DNA of 27,355 nt, taken from an uncultured delta proteobacterium (GTDB lineage Bacteria; Desulfobacterota; Syntrophobacteria; BM002). The translations under genes were made by a program, and so were the position numbers. The notes beneath the pieces were generated by a model, which made no database searches, had not been told where the DNA came from, and was given only the letters and a program-made list of their open reading frames with translations. Of this stretch, positions 17,086-26,230 are shown in pieces (positions within the stretch are counted from its first letter, which is position 1; each line of letters starts with the position of its first letter). The stretch lies in NCBI GenBank assembly GCA_963712115.1, contig CAVQGX010000070.1:1-27355 (forward strand). The letters run 5' to 3'.

Positions 17086-19032
17086 ATGCGAATCGTAACC
17101 GTCAGACGCATCAGCCAGATTTTCTTCCTCCTTCTCCTAATCTGGTTCTGTATAGTCACCACATTGGGAGTGGAGTGGTGGCGACTAAGGGGCTGGCCAG
17201 TCAACTGGCTACTGCAGCTTGACCCTCTGGTGGCGGTGGCCACAATGCTCAGCACCAATTCCCTCTACAAAGGTCTCCTCTGGGCTTTAGTAACTGTGAT
17301 TCTAACTATATTAGTGGGGAGATTCTTCTGTAGCTGGGTATGCCCCTTTGGCACCATTCACCATTTCATCGGTTATCTTGCCAGGCGAGGGAAGGCCATC
17401 TCAGCCAAAATAGCCCTCAATAAATACCATCCCGGCCAATCGATCAAATACTACCTGCTCATCTTTTTACTAACAGCGGCTGCCGGTTCCCTGCTATCGA
17501 GTCTTCTCAGAGTGGTACCCGAAAAACCAATGCTGTTTTCCATAGCGGCAGTAATTTGTCTGGCAGGGCTCGCCATGCTTTCCCTGCTCAGAGTTGTAAC
17601 CGATGCAAAAAAAGCGCTGGCAACTCTGCTCCTCCTTCTAGCCCTGTGGATGGGGCTGGGTTTACTATTTCCAACATCCACTCTGGTTGCGGCTTCGTTG
17701 CAGACAGGTTTGCTCGATCCGATCCCATTGATCCATCGTTCCATCAATATGACCTTGCTACCTCTCACAGAGAGGATCTCACCCATCCAGCGCTACTACT
17801 CAGGCTCATGGTTTATCGGTGCTGTCTTTCTCACCGCGGTTTTATTGAACCTCAAGGTTCCCCGCTTCTACTGCAGGTTCGTCTGCCCCTTGGGAGCTCT
17901 TTTTGGCGTCTTGTCTGCATTTTCGCTCTGGAGAATAGGTGTAGTTGAAACTAGCAGTGAATGCAGCCACTGCCATCTCTGTGACACTGATTGTGAGGGA
18001 GCCTGCCAGCCAGCCGAAAAAATACGAATAAGTGAGTGCGTCCTATGCATGAACTGCCTTGACGACTGTCCACACAACCTCGTGGGTTACCGCACAACCA
18101 TCTCTGAAACCGGCGAAGTTGCCTTGCCTGACCTCTCCCGGCGGGGATTTATCGCCTCTTTTCTCTCAGGCGCAGTGGCCATACCTATAGTTCGTCTGGC
18201 GGGTTTAGTAGGGCCCAACTGGCAACCTTCTGTAATTCGCCCTCCTGGCTCTCTGGCAGAACCTGATTTTCTCAGTCGCTGTCTTAAATGCGGTCAGTGC
18301 ATGCGAATTTGCCCCACCAACATAATTCATCCCGCCAGCCTAGAAAGCGGACTGGAAGGGTTGTGGAGCCCCGTTCTCAATTTTCGCATCGGCACCAGTG
18401 GCTGCCAGCTTAATTGCATCGCCTGCTCCCATATCTGCCCCACCGCCGCAATCCGCCCTATAAGTTTGGACGAGAAACTCGGAAAAGGGCAATTTGCCCA
18501 GGTTGGTCCGATCAGATTGGGAACAGCGTTTGTAGACAGAGGCCGCTGTCTGCCCTGGGCCATGGACAGGCCGTGTATTGTCTGCCAAGAAAATTGCCCT
18601 GTGAGCCCAAAAGCGATCTTTACCCGTGAGTATTTTAGTGCTGTGAGAGGGGGTAAATTTCGTCTTGTTAAAATTGCCGGTCAGCGGCTTGAGTTTATGG
18701 ACAGCAGTCTAGAGCCGGAAGAGTTGGCTACAGGGGATTACTATGTCATGACCACCCGCAACGGCAGAGAACACCGCTGGCGAATATTGGAGAACACCAA
18801 AAATAGTGTAACTATTGCTGGTAGTATTTCGCCGAATGCTGCACCAGATCTTGATAGTCACATCTCAGTTCAGGTGAGACTGCAGCAACCTTACGTGGAC
18901 CCGAAGCTCTGTATTGGTTGCGGTATTTGCGAACACGAATGCCCGGTGAGCGGCAGGCGGGCCATAAGGGTCACGGCGGAGAATGAATCTAGGAGCCCAG
19001 GCAGGTCAATGCTCTTGCCGCGAAGTACCTAG
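17086..19032 (+). CDS. Membrane-bound polyferredoxin: NapH/MauN-like domain fused to a NapG/MauM-like 4Fe-4S domain
   Basis: GRFFCSWVCPFG and PRFYCRFVCPLG motifs, several CxxCxxCxxxC(P) motifs, RPPG...FL..CLKCGQC, and internal SRRGFI. Confidence 0.88.
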   Translation: MRIVTVRRISQIFFLLLLIWFCIVTTLGVEWWRLRGWPVNWLLQLDPLVAVATMLSTNSLYKGLLWALVTVILTILVGRFFCSWVCPFGTIHHFIGYLARRGKAISAKIALNKYHPGQSIKYYLLIFLLTAAAGSLLSSLLRVVPEKPMLFSIAAVICLAGLAMLSLLRVVTDAKKALATLLLLLALWMGLGLLFPTSTLVAASLQTGLLDPIPLIHRSINMTLLPLTERISPIQRYYSGSWFIGAVFLTAVLLNLKVPRFYCRFVCPLGALFGVLSAFSLWRIGVVETSSECSHCHLCDTDCEGACQPAEKIRISECVLCMNCLDDCPHNLVGYRTTISETGEVALPDLSRRGFIASFLSGAVAIPIVRLAGLVGPNWQPSVIRPPGSLAEPDFLSRCLKCGQCMRICPTNIIHPASLESGLEGLWSPVLNFRIGTSGCQLNCIACSHICPTAAIRPISLDEKLGKGQFAQVGPIRLGTAFVDRGRCLPWAMDRPCIVCQENCPVSPKAIFTREYFSAVRGGKFRLVKIAGQRLEFMDSSLEPEELATGDYYVMTTRNGREHRWRILENTKNSVTIAGSISPNAAPDLDSHISVQVRLQQPYVDPKLCIGCGICEHECPVSGRRAIRVTAENESRSPGRSMLLPRST

Positions 19033-19035
19033 GAC

Positions 19036-19224
19036 GGAGGTCAGAGGTCAGACGTCAGAGGGCAGAGGACAGCGGGCAGAACTCAGAGGTCAGAGATCGG
19101 ATGTCGGAGGTCAGGGGTAAAGCTGATCTCTGATCTCCGACTTCTGACCTCTATGATGGACGACTTCAACGATTTTGACCATTTAACTAATTGACCGCCT
19201 ACGCTATGCGCTTGGCGCTATGCT
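19036..19224 (+). repeat. Composite intergenic element: GGTCAGA heptamers, 30-bp hairpin, 9-/8-mer module and CGCTATG heptamers
   Basis: The core 19067-19209 is 141/143 identical to the reverse complement of 25960-26102. Confidence 0.95.
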
Positions 19225-19242
19225 CGACAGGAGGAAAAATAG

Positions 19243-20454
19243 GTGTCCAAGAAAAAAGGTGGATTCTCGCGGAGAGACTTTCTGAAAACGGCTGGCGCAG
19301 CCACTGCAGGCTCTCTTCTGAGCGCAAGGGAGACTCTTGGCAAGATAAGCGGAAGCTCTGGTTCAGAGCTCGCCGTGGTCCCAACCCGGCCTTTTGGTAA
19401 AACAGGGGCCCAAGTCTCAATCCTCGGACTAGGTGGTATGTTCGATATTCCCTCAAATCAGCTCGTTCTAAGACAGGCCCTCAAATGGGGCGTTACCTAT
19501 TGGGATACGGCTGACTGCTATGAGGGAGGAAGAAGCGAGAGGGGAATAGGCAGTTTTTTCGCCAAATACCCGGAAGCCCGGAAGCAGGTCTTCTTGGTAA
19601 GCAAGTCAGATGCCAGGGATCCGAGTGGCATGACTCGCCTACTGGATCGTTCACTCGAGAGAATGAAGACGGATTACATTGATCTTTACTTCGTCCATGG
19701 CATAAGTGGCATGGATGAGCTCGACAAAGGTACCAGAGGTTGGGCGGAAAAAGCCAAGACTGAAGGGAAGATCAAGTTTTTCGGATTCAGCACCCACAGT
19801 AACATGGATGAATGCTTGCTCGAAGCGGCCAAGCTTGGCTTGATTGACGGCATCATGATGACCTATAACTACAGGATCATGCATAAGACCGAGATGAAAG
19901 AGGCTGTCGCCGCCTGCAAAGAGGCCGGCATTGGTTTAACAGCCATGAAAACCCAAGGAGGTTGGTCCTTTGGCTCCTCAAGTGCAACCAAACTGGTGGA
20001 CACTTTTATTGAAAAGGGATTTACCGATAACCAGGCCAAGCTCAAAGCAGTTTGGACAAATCCGAACATAGCCTCCATATGTTCCCAAATGCCCAACATT
20101 ACCATCCTCATGTCCAACGTCGCCGCCGCAATGGACAAAACAAGCCTTTCTGTCGGGGATTTGCACCTCCTGGACCAGTACGCCAAGGAGACTGCCTCCA
20201 ACTACTGCGCGGGTTGTAGCAATATTTGCGAGACTGCCCTGGATGGAGCGCTGCCGGTGGCCACGGTAATGAGATATCTGATGTACTACGAGAGCTATGG
20301 AGATCGTCATCGCGCCCGGTCTCTTTATGGACAGCTCTCATCTGAAATTCGTGCTCGGATCGGGAGCTTGGACTATTCCCTCGCTGAGAGGAGATGTCCC
20401 CAAGGGATGGCTATCGGGAGACTGATGAAAAGGGCAGAGCAACTATTGGTATAG
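19243..20454 (+). CDS. Aldo/keto reductase with a Tat signal and a C-terminal Fe-S motif
   Basis: SRRDFLK; DTADCY, VSK and DLYFVHG supply the AKR tetrad; CAGCSNIC...CPQG. GTG start with AGGAGG SD. Confidence 0.92.
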   Translation: MSKKKGGFSRRDFLKTAGAATAGSLLSARETLGKISGSSGSELAVVPTRPFGKTGAQVSILGLGGMFDIPSNQLVLRQALKWGVTYWDTADCYEGGRSERGIGSFFAKYPEARKQVFLVSKSDARDPSGMTRLLDRSLERMKTDYIDLYFVHGISGMDELDKGTRGWAEKAKTEGKIKFFGFSTHSNMDECLLEAAKLGLIDGIMMTYNYRIMHKTEMKEAVAACKEAGIGLTAMKTQGGWSFGSSSATKLVDTFIEKGFTDNQAKLKAVWTNPNIASICSQMPNITILMSNVAAAMDKTSLSVGDLHLLDQYAKETASNYCAGCSNICETALDGALPVATVMRYLMYYESYGDRHRARSLYGQLSSEIRARIGSLDYSLAERRCPQGMAIGRLMKRAEQLLV

Positions 20455-20478
20455 TCGAGCCGGACGAATACTCGAGTC

Positions 20479-21654
20479 ATGGTCATAGAACCGAAAATAA
20501 GAAACAACATTTGCCTCAATGCACACCCTTTGGGTTGTGCTGAACAGGTGAAAGCTCAGATAAATTACATCAAAGCTCAGAATAAAATCAAAAGCCCCAA
20601 GAGGGTCTTGGTGATTGGTGCTTCTAACGGTTATGGCCTTGCTGCGCGCATAGTCTCAACCTTCAATTCGGGGGCTTCCACCATTGGCGTTGGCTACGAA
20701 AGACCAGGTACTAAAACCAGAACCGGCACCGCTGGATGGTACAACATTGAATCTTTCAAAAAAGAAGCTGAGAAGGAAGGCTGCAAAGCTTGGAACATTA
20801 ACGGAGATGCTTTTTCAAAAGAAGTCAAGTCTGAGGTATCAGACATTATAAGAGACAATTTCGGAGCAGTTGATTTACTTATCTATAGCATAGCCGCACC
20901 AAGAAGAATCGATCCCGAAACCGGAGATATTTACTCTTCCGTCATCAAGCCCATTGGCGAAAAGTACACCTCCAAGACGGTTGATTTTCTCAGCGGAGAG
21001 GTCAGGGAGATCACCGCCGACGCAGCAACGGAAGAAGAAATTGCCCACACAGTTAAAGTCATGGGGGGTGAGGATTGGGGGTTGTGGGCAAAAACCCTTC
21101 GAGAGGCCGGTCTGCTGGCGGAAAATTTTATAACGGTGGCCTTTTCCTATATTGGGCCTACTTTTACCAATGCCATTTATCGCCATGGGACAATCGGCAG
21201 GGCGAAGACCCATTTGGAGGAGAGTGCAGCCGAGATTAACAAGCTTGTCGAACCCCTTGGAGGTAGGTCCATTATCAGTGTTAACAAGGCCCTGGTAACT
21301 AGAGCAAGTGCAGTTATACCGGCGGTTCCCCTCTACATATCTCTCCTGTATAAGGTTATGAAGGCGAAAAAACTGCACGAGGGATGTATACATCAAATGT
21401 GCAGGCTTTATGGCGATTACCTTTTTACCGGCGGAGACCTTAGGACCGACCGCAAGGGCAGAATACGTCTAGACGATTGGGAAATGCGTGAAGATGTTCA
21501 GGAAGAGGTAGCCAGGCTGTGGGAAATAGTGACAACGGAGAACGTCAGCATGCTTTCAGACATTGATGGATTCCGGGAAGAATTCCTCAGACACCACGGC
21601 TTTGGCATGCCCGGGGTAGACTATGGCAAAGATATCCAGCCTGACATCTTCTGA
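20479..21654 (+). CDS. fabV: Enoyl-ACP reductase FabV / trans-2-enoyl-CoA reductase
   Basis: AHPLGC, GASNGYG, INGDAFS, TVKVMGGEDW, Y-x8-K (YRHGTIGRAK), R.DDWE and FG...VDY motifs. Confidence 0.95.
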   Translation: MVIEPKIRNNICLNAHPLGCAEQVKAQINYIKAQNKIKSPKRVLVIGASNGYGLAARIVSTFNSGASTIGVGYERPGTKTRTGTAGWYNIESFKKEAEKEGCKAWNINGDAFSKEVKSEVSDIIRDNFGAVDLLIYSIAAPRRIDPETGDIYSSVIKPIGEKYTSKTVDFLSGEVREITADAATEEEIAHTVKVMGGEDWGLWAKTLREAGLLAENFITVAFSYIGPTFTNAIYRHGTIGRAKTHLEESAAEINKLVEPLGGRSIISVNKALVTRASAVIPAVPLYISLLYKVMKAKKLHEGCIHQMCRLYGDYLFTGGDLRTDRKGRIRLDDWEMREDVQEEVARLWEIVTTENVSMLSDIDGFREEFLRHHGFGMPGVDYGKDIQPDIF

Positions 21655-21735
21655 TATTAGACAAATGTCTCTAGCAGTTGTGGTCCATTTCTCTCATTGA
21701 GCATTACATCCGAACCAAAGAAAAGGAGCGGTATA

Positions 21736-22200
21736 ATGATCAGCATACTAAGAGGTTCCGTGGTCGTGATGATCACGGTTCTCCTATTTTCTGGAACTGT
21801 GATGGCTGAGGAGCAATTTGGCCTAGGAGTTACCGTGGGATTGCCAACGGGTGTGAATGGCAAATATTTTATCGATAAGTACAATGCTCTCGACGGGGGG
21901 TTTGGGTGGTCGTTTGATAGTGATCACGATTTTCACATCTATGCCGATTACCTCTATCACATTTATTCTTTGATCGATTCTGGCACGGGAGAAACACCAA
22001 TATATTTAGGTGTCGGCACCAGAGCTGTATTTCGAGATCACAAAGACAACAAAGCTGGTTTTCGATTTCCTCTGGGAGTGGACCATCTATTTAAGAGCGC
22101 TCCTTTCGACGTTTTTGCAGAAATAGTTCCCATATTCAACGTCTCTCCAGACACGGAATTCGATTTAGAAGGCGTTGTCGGCGCTCGATTTTACTTTTAG
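21736..22200 (+). CDS. Small putative outer-membrane beta-barrel protein
   Basis: AAGGAG SD before ATG 21736, signal peptide ending VMA-EE, amphipathic beta pattern, and C-terminal GARFYF. Confidence 0.75.
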   Translation: MISILRGSVVVMITVLLFSGTVMAEEQFGLGVTVGLPTGVNGKYFIDKYNALDGGFGWSFDSDHDFHIYADYLYHIYSLIDSGTGETPIYLGVGTRAVFRDHKDNKAGFRFPLGVDHLFKSAPFDVFAEIVPIFNVSPDTEFDLEGVVGARFYF

Positions 22201-22213
22201 CCCGGATGTTTCT

Positions 22214-24304
22214 TCAACTGCAGTAATTTGCTTTTTTCACATTGCACAAGAGGACACGAAGATTTGTGGCACCCATGGCTGGATCACAGCCTCCATAACC
22301 ATTGTCGGTGAGAACATTCACGTTGGAGCGATCCCAGCCTAGATCATCACCCTCCTCGGGAAACCACCACCCATGATCCGCAGCAATTACGTTTTCCGGA
22401 ACCCGGTCCGTGAGAACAGCCCTTTGCACCACGGTTCCGCGGGGCGAGCTGATCTCTACCCAATCCCCCTCGCTGATTCCCTTTGCCCCGGCTACCTTTG
22501 GATGTATTTCCACCAAGGGATCGGGACGTTTATTGCGCAACGGCCCGGGTACCCTGTTCTCGGTGTGGAAAAAAAATGGAATGCGAGCACCAGTTATGAG
22601 CTGAAATGGGTAGTCCTCTAATAGCTCAGGGCTGCTCCAGGGGCTTTCCGGTGGATCGAAAAAGGACGGCAGGGGATCATAGCCCAATTTCTTCATGGTG
22701 GTGGAGTAGAATTCCACCTTGCCCGTTGGTGTGCTGAAGCCCTCTTTTAGATATTTAAGAAAAATCCGCTCGCCCTGCAAATGGCCACCCTCACAGAAAT
22801 CCTCCCAGGTCAATCCGGAAGGGGATAGTATGTAATTGAGAGCATCCTTAACTCTGGGCCACCAGTGGACGGGGTCTGAACACCGCTTACCCAGTTCGTT
22901 CAGAATAGCGTAATCTGACCGGGCCTGGCCAACTTGCACCGCCTTTTGACGAGCTACCACCCATCCGTGTCGCTTCCACAGATCAGCCACATAGTCGTGT
23001 TCCAACCAGGTGGAGGCAGGGAGCACTATATCCGCCTCCTGAGCCGTGGGCGTGAGGAAAAAGTCCTGCACCACCAGAAAGTCCACTTTTTCCAGGGCTG
23101 CCTTGACCTCTCTGGAGTTGGCCCGGGAAATCACCGGATTGGTGCTTATCAGATACAAACCCTTAACCGGGTAAGGTTTTTCATCCAGTATGGCATCCCA
23201 AACAACCTTCGGGTTGATCACGCCGATGCGATTCGCCAGACGAAACAAATCCCCGCCCAATCGCTTCTGACGCGCCTCGGGCGACAACATCCGGTGCGCG
23301 CCTAACTGCGAGGCGTTTATCACTGGTGGATTTGCATAGAAGACGCTGCCACCAGGTCGATCCAGGTTCCCGGTCATCGCCATCAAGCAAATTAGCAAGC
23401 TTATTGTGTTTACGCAGTTCTTGGACTGCTCCAGAGCCACACCCCAGTGGATGCCTGCCGGCTTGGTGGCAGCGAAGGTCTCAGCGGCAGAGTGGATTTC
23501 CTCCTCCCTCAGCCCAGTCTTACTTGCCGCCCAGGAAAGGGGATATTTTTTAGCCCTCTGGCAAAACTCCTCCCAGCCATAGACAAAGTTTTCCACGAAC
23601 TCACGGTCGAATAACCCCTGGTCAATTATAATATTTGCCATTCCCCAGGCCAGAGCACCGTCTGTTCCGGGCCTGATTCGAAGCCATTGGTGAGATTGTC
23701 TGGCCACCATGGATCGCCGTGGATCAACACAGATAATCTTTGCGCCACCCTTCATTGCTTGAGCCAAGTAGAGACCCTTGTATTCGTCGGGATGGGAAAC
23801 GAGTGGATTGGCCCCCCAGACGATAATACAAGCTGGCTTACCCTGGTAATCTACCACCGGCAGGTTGCCACAGAGGGTTATTCCAGTAGCAATCCGCGGC
23901 CCATAACACATGTGGCCGGCGGTTAGCACATTTGGGGTGCCGAAGGTGTTGGCGAAACGGTAGATGAAAGATTCATTGTCGCGCCCGGTTCCGTATCCCA
24001 ATACAAGAGATTCCGGGCCGAGTTTTTCCTTTATGTGTAGAAATGTTTCAGCTATTTCTTCAAGAGCCTCTTCCCAGGATATCTTCTTCCAGGAACCCTT
24101 TGTTTTTCGTAAAGGATCGGTTAAACGGTCGGGATGATGGGTTATTGTGTTGTATCTTTTCCCCTTAATGCACAGCCATCCTCTGTTCACCGGACAATCT
24201 AGATCGCCCTTTATACTGGTGACCTTGTTGTTTTCCACTTCAACCAGTACTCCGCAACCGCCGTGGCAAGCGCGACAGGAGCTTCTCACCACTCTACCGG
24301 CCAT
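22214..24304 (-). CDS. Cytoplasmic Mo/W-bis-PGD (DMSO reductase family) enzyme, acetylene hydratase-like
   Basis: N-terminal CRACHGGC...LCIKG 4Fe-4S motif, putative Cys ligand in GHMCYG, WGANP, IRPGTDGALA, ADIVLP, TPTGKVE and HGWW motifs; no Tat signal. Confidence 0.88.
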   Translation of the reverse strand: MAGRVVRSSCRACHGGCGVLVEVENNKVTSIKGDLDCPVNRGWLCIKGKRYNTITHHPDRLTDPLRKTKGSWKKISWEEALEEIAETFLHIKEKLGPESLVLGYGTGRDNESFIYRFANTFGTPNVLTAGHMCYGPRIATGITLCGNLPVVDYQGKPACIIVWGANPLVSHPDEYKGLYLAQAMKGGAKIICVDPRRSMVARQSHQWLRIRPGTDGALAWGMANIIIDQGLFDREFVENFVYGWEEFCQRAKKYPLSWAASKTGLREEEIHSAAETFAATKPAGIHWGVALEQSKNCVNTISLLICLMAMTGNLDRPGGSVFYANPPVINASQLGAHRMLSPEARQKRLGGDLFRLANRIGVINPKVVWDAILDEKPYPVKGLYLISTNPVISRANSREVKAALEKVDFLVVQDFFLTPTAQEADIVLPASTWLEHDYVADLWKRHGWVVARQKAVQVGQARSDYAILNELGKRCSDPVHWWPRVKDALNYILSPSGLTWEDFCEGGHLQGERIFLKYLKEGFSTPTGKVEFYSTTMKKLGYDPLPSFFDPPESPWSSPELLEDYPFQLITGARIPFFFHTENRVPGPLRNKRPDPLVEIHPKVAGAKGISEGDWVEISSPRGTVVQRAVLTDRVPENVIAADHGWWFPEEGDDLGWDRSNVNVLTDNGYGGCDPAMGATNLRVLLCNVKKANYCS

Positions 24305-24322
24305 GCACCTCTCCTCCTGTTT

Positions 24323-25915
24323 CTAGGCTCGTGTCGAGAAGTATCTAGGTATGACTTTGAGTAAATGATAAAGTCCCTTAGCTCGTTGAGCAATGGATTT
24401 GCCATAAAGAAATTTTGTAGCCCCTAGGAGTCCTTGAAATAACTTGGGGGTATGCGGGTGCCACCAGATATTCTGTCTTGCAAAGGGCAGAATATCATGG
24501 ACTATCACCTGGGGTTGGGTCATCTCATTAAAACCAATGGCACCGTGGCTGCGGCCGATTCCCGACTGTTTTACCCCACCCCAGGGAGTTTCAGCCAGAC
24601 CATGGCTGATTAGATGATCGTTAATCGTAACCGCGCCGGCCTGAATTTGCCTGGCCAGTGTCTCAGCCCGTCTTCTATTTCGTGACCATACTGAACCGGT
24701 GAGACCATACTGAGAGTCGTTGGCGAGAGCAACGGCTTCATCCATATCCTTTACCTTCATTACTCCCACCAAGGGGCCAAAGGTCTCCTCCTGCATGATT
24801 AACATCTCATGGTTGACTCCAGTTAAAACCATGGCTGGGACAATGGTACCCGACTCTTTACCTTGCGGTGGAGCTGAACGGGCGTAAATTAGTGCTCCTT
24901 TGGCCAGTGCGTCTTCTAGATGGCTCTTGACTGTGGAAACCTGGCGTTCGGTGGTCATGGCTCCAATGTCCACCTTGAAATCCTCACCAAGGCCCACCCG
25001 TAAAGCCTCTACTTTCTTTTTTAGTAGCTGAAGAAATGAATGGTAGACGTTTTCATGGACATATACACGCTCAACCCCACCACAGGATTGGCCGCTGTTT
25101 TGGAACCCCGCCCATACAGCACCAGAGGTTGCCCGGAATAGGTCAGCATCCTCACAGACAAGCATGGCATCATTGCCCCCCAACTCGAGGACAAGTGGAG
25201 TTAGGGTCTCGCCGGCTTCAGCCATAAGTTGTTTACCCACTGCCACCGAGCCTGTGAAAAAGAGCTTGTCAATTCCGTTTTTCAGAAAAGCACTCCCGGC
25301 AAAACTGCCGGGGATGTTGACATAGTTAAAAATTCCCTGTGGTAGTTCCGCTGCCAAGAAACATTCTTCCAAAATTCGGCCAACCCATTGAGTTTCTGAA
25401 GCAGTTTTAACAACCGCAGCATTTCCGGCAAGAAGTGCCGTTACCACCTCCGAAAAAGGTATGGAAAAGGGATAGTTCCAGGGCGAAATCACCCCGACAA
25501 CCCCGTAGGGCATTCGTACTATTTTTGAGAGCTTGTATAATAACAGGATATTTCCCGGGCAGATGTATCGAGTTTTCAAAAACTTCTTGGCGTGCTTGGC
25601 GTAATAACTAACTGCCATCGCGGCAGGGAGCACTTCTGTTGCCAGGGCATCCATCCAGGTTTTGCCATTGTCCTTGGAAATAACCTCTGAGATTTTCTCG
25701 GCATGCTGCACCAGATAATCCCGAACCCGGAGCATATGTCTAACTCGCTCTCTGACGTCCAGTTTCGACCACGATTTCTGCGCAATTTTCGCCCTGGAGA
25801 TAATTTGTTCAAACTCTTGAAGGTCGGTCAAGGGAGAATATCCCAAGATTCCTCCTGTGGCAGGATTGCGACAAAGCGTTGCCTCAACCTTTTGCTTCGT
25901 TTGTTGGTCAGTCAT
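24323..25915 (-). CDS. NAD(P)-dependent aldehyde dehydrogenase
   Basis: ISPWNYP, FTGS, LELGGND, GQSCGG (catalytic Cys), EETFGP and PWGGVKQSG motifs. AAGGA SD before ATG 25915; the ORF-track extension runs into the repeat. Confidence 0.95.
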   Translation of the reverse strand: MTDQQTKQKVEATLCRNPATGGILGYSPLTDLQEFEQIISRAKIAQKSWSKLDVRERVRHMLRVRDYLVQHAEKISEVISKDNGKTWMDALATEVLPAAMAVSYYAKHAKKFLKTRYICPGNILLLYKLSKIVRMPYGVVGVISPWNYPFSIPFSEVVTALLAGNAAVVKTASETQWVGRILEECFLAAELPQGIFNYVNIPGSFAGSAFLKNGIDKLFFTGSVAVGKQLMAEAGETLTPLVLELGGNDAMLVCEDADLFRATSGAVWAGFQNSGQSCGGVERVYVHENVYHSFLQLLKKKVEALRVGLGEDFKVDIGAMTTERQVSTVKSHLEDALAKGALIYARSAPPQGKESGTIVPAMVLTGVNHEMLIMQEETFGPLVGVMKVKDMDEAVALANDSQYGLTGSVWSRNRRRAETLARQIQAGAVTINDHLISHGLAETPWGGVKQSGIGRSHGAIGFNEMTQPQVIVHDILPFARQNIWWHPHTPKLFQGLLGATKFLYGKSIAQRAKGLYHLLKVIPRYFSTRA

Positions 25916-25951
25916 AGTGCTATTCCTTATTGCTTCGGTCATCACGGAGGA

Positions 25952-26230
25952 AGCATAGAGCATAGCGTAGCCGGTCAATTAGTTAAATGGTCAAAATCGT
26001 TGAAGTCGTCCATCATAGAGGTCAGAAGTCGGAGATCAGAGATCAGCTTTACCCCTGACCTCCGACATCCGATCTCTGACCTCTGAGTTCTGCGCGCTGT
26101 CCGCTGCCAGCTGCAATCTGCCTGCTCTCGTCTGTGATCTGACCTCTGACCTCTAACCCACGTCTCGCCGTTTCTCCCCATCCCCGCGTCCTCCACCTGT
26201 GGCTAGTGCTCAGTCCCTAGTGCCTAGTGC
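25952..26230 (-). repeat. Composite intergenic element: second copy of the 143-bp core plus extra octamer and heptamer modules
   Basis: The core 25960-26102 is the inverted copy of 19067-19209. On the minus strand it is preceded by GCACTAG-like x4, GGACGCGG-like octamers and GGTCAGA/GCAG heptamers. Confidence 0.95.

Noticed and set aside
22214-24304. Calling the enzyme acetylene hydratase, formate dehydrogenase or nitrate reductase; Sec readthrough at its TGA
   Set aside because: The catalytic Asp is replaced by His and Fdh/Nap partners are absent. The TGA follows a complete C-terminal domain, and readthrough would run into the convergent gene.
19067-26102. Composite transposon bounded by the 143-bp inverted repeats
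   Set aside because: No transposase and no target-site duplication are evident, and the enclosed genes continue the flanking operons logically. Kept only as an inversion or dispersed-repeat hypothesis.
25975-26196. 73-aa ORF (MEDAGMG...DHLTN)
   Set aside because: It lies entirely within the composite repeat, so it is probably a translation of the repeat rather than a gene.
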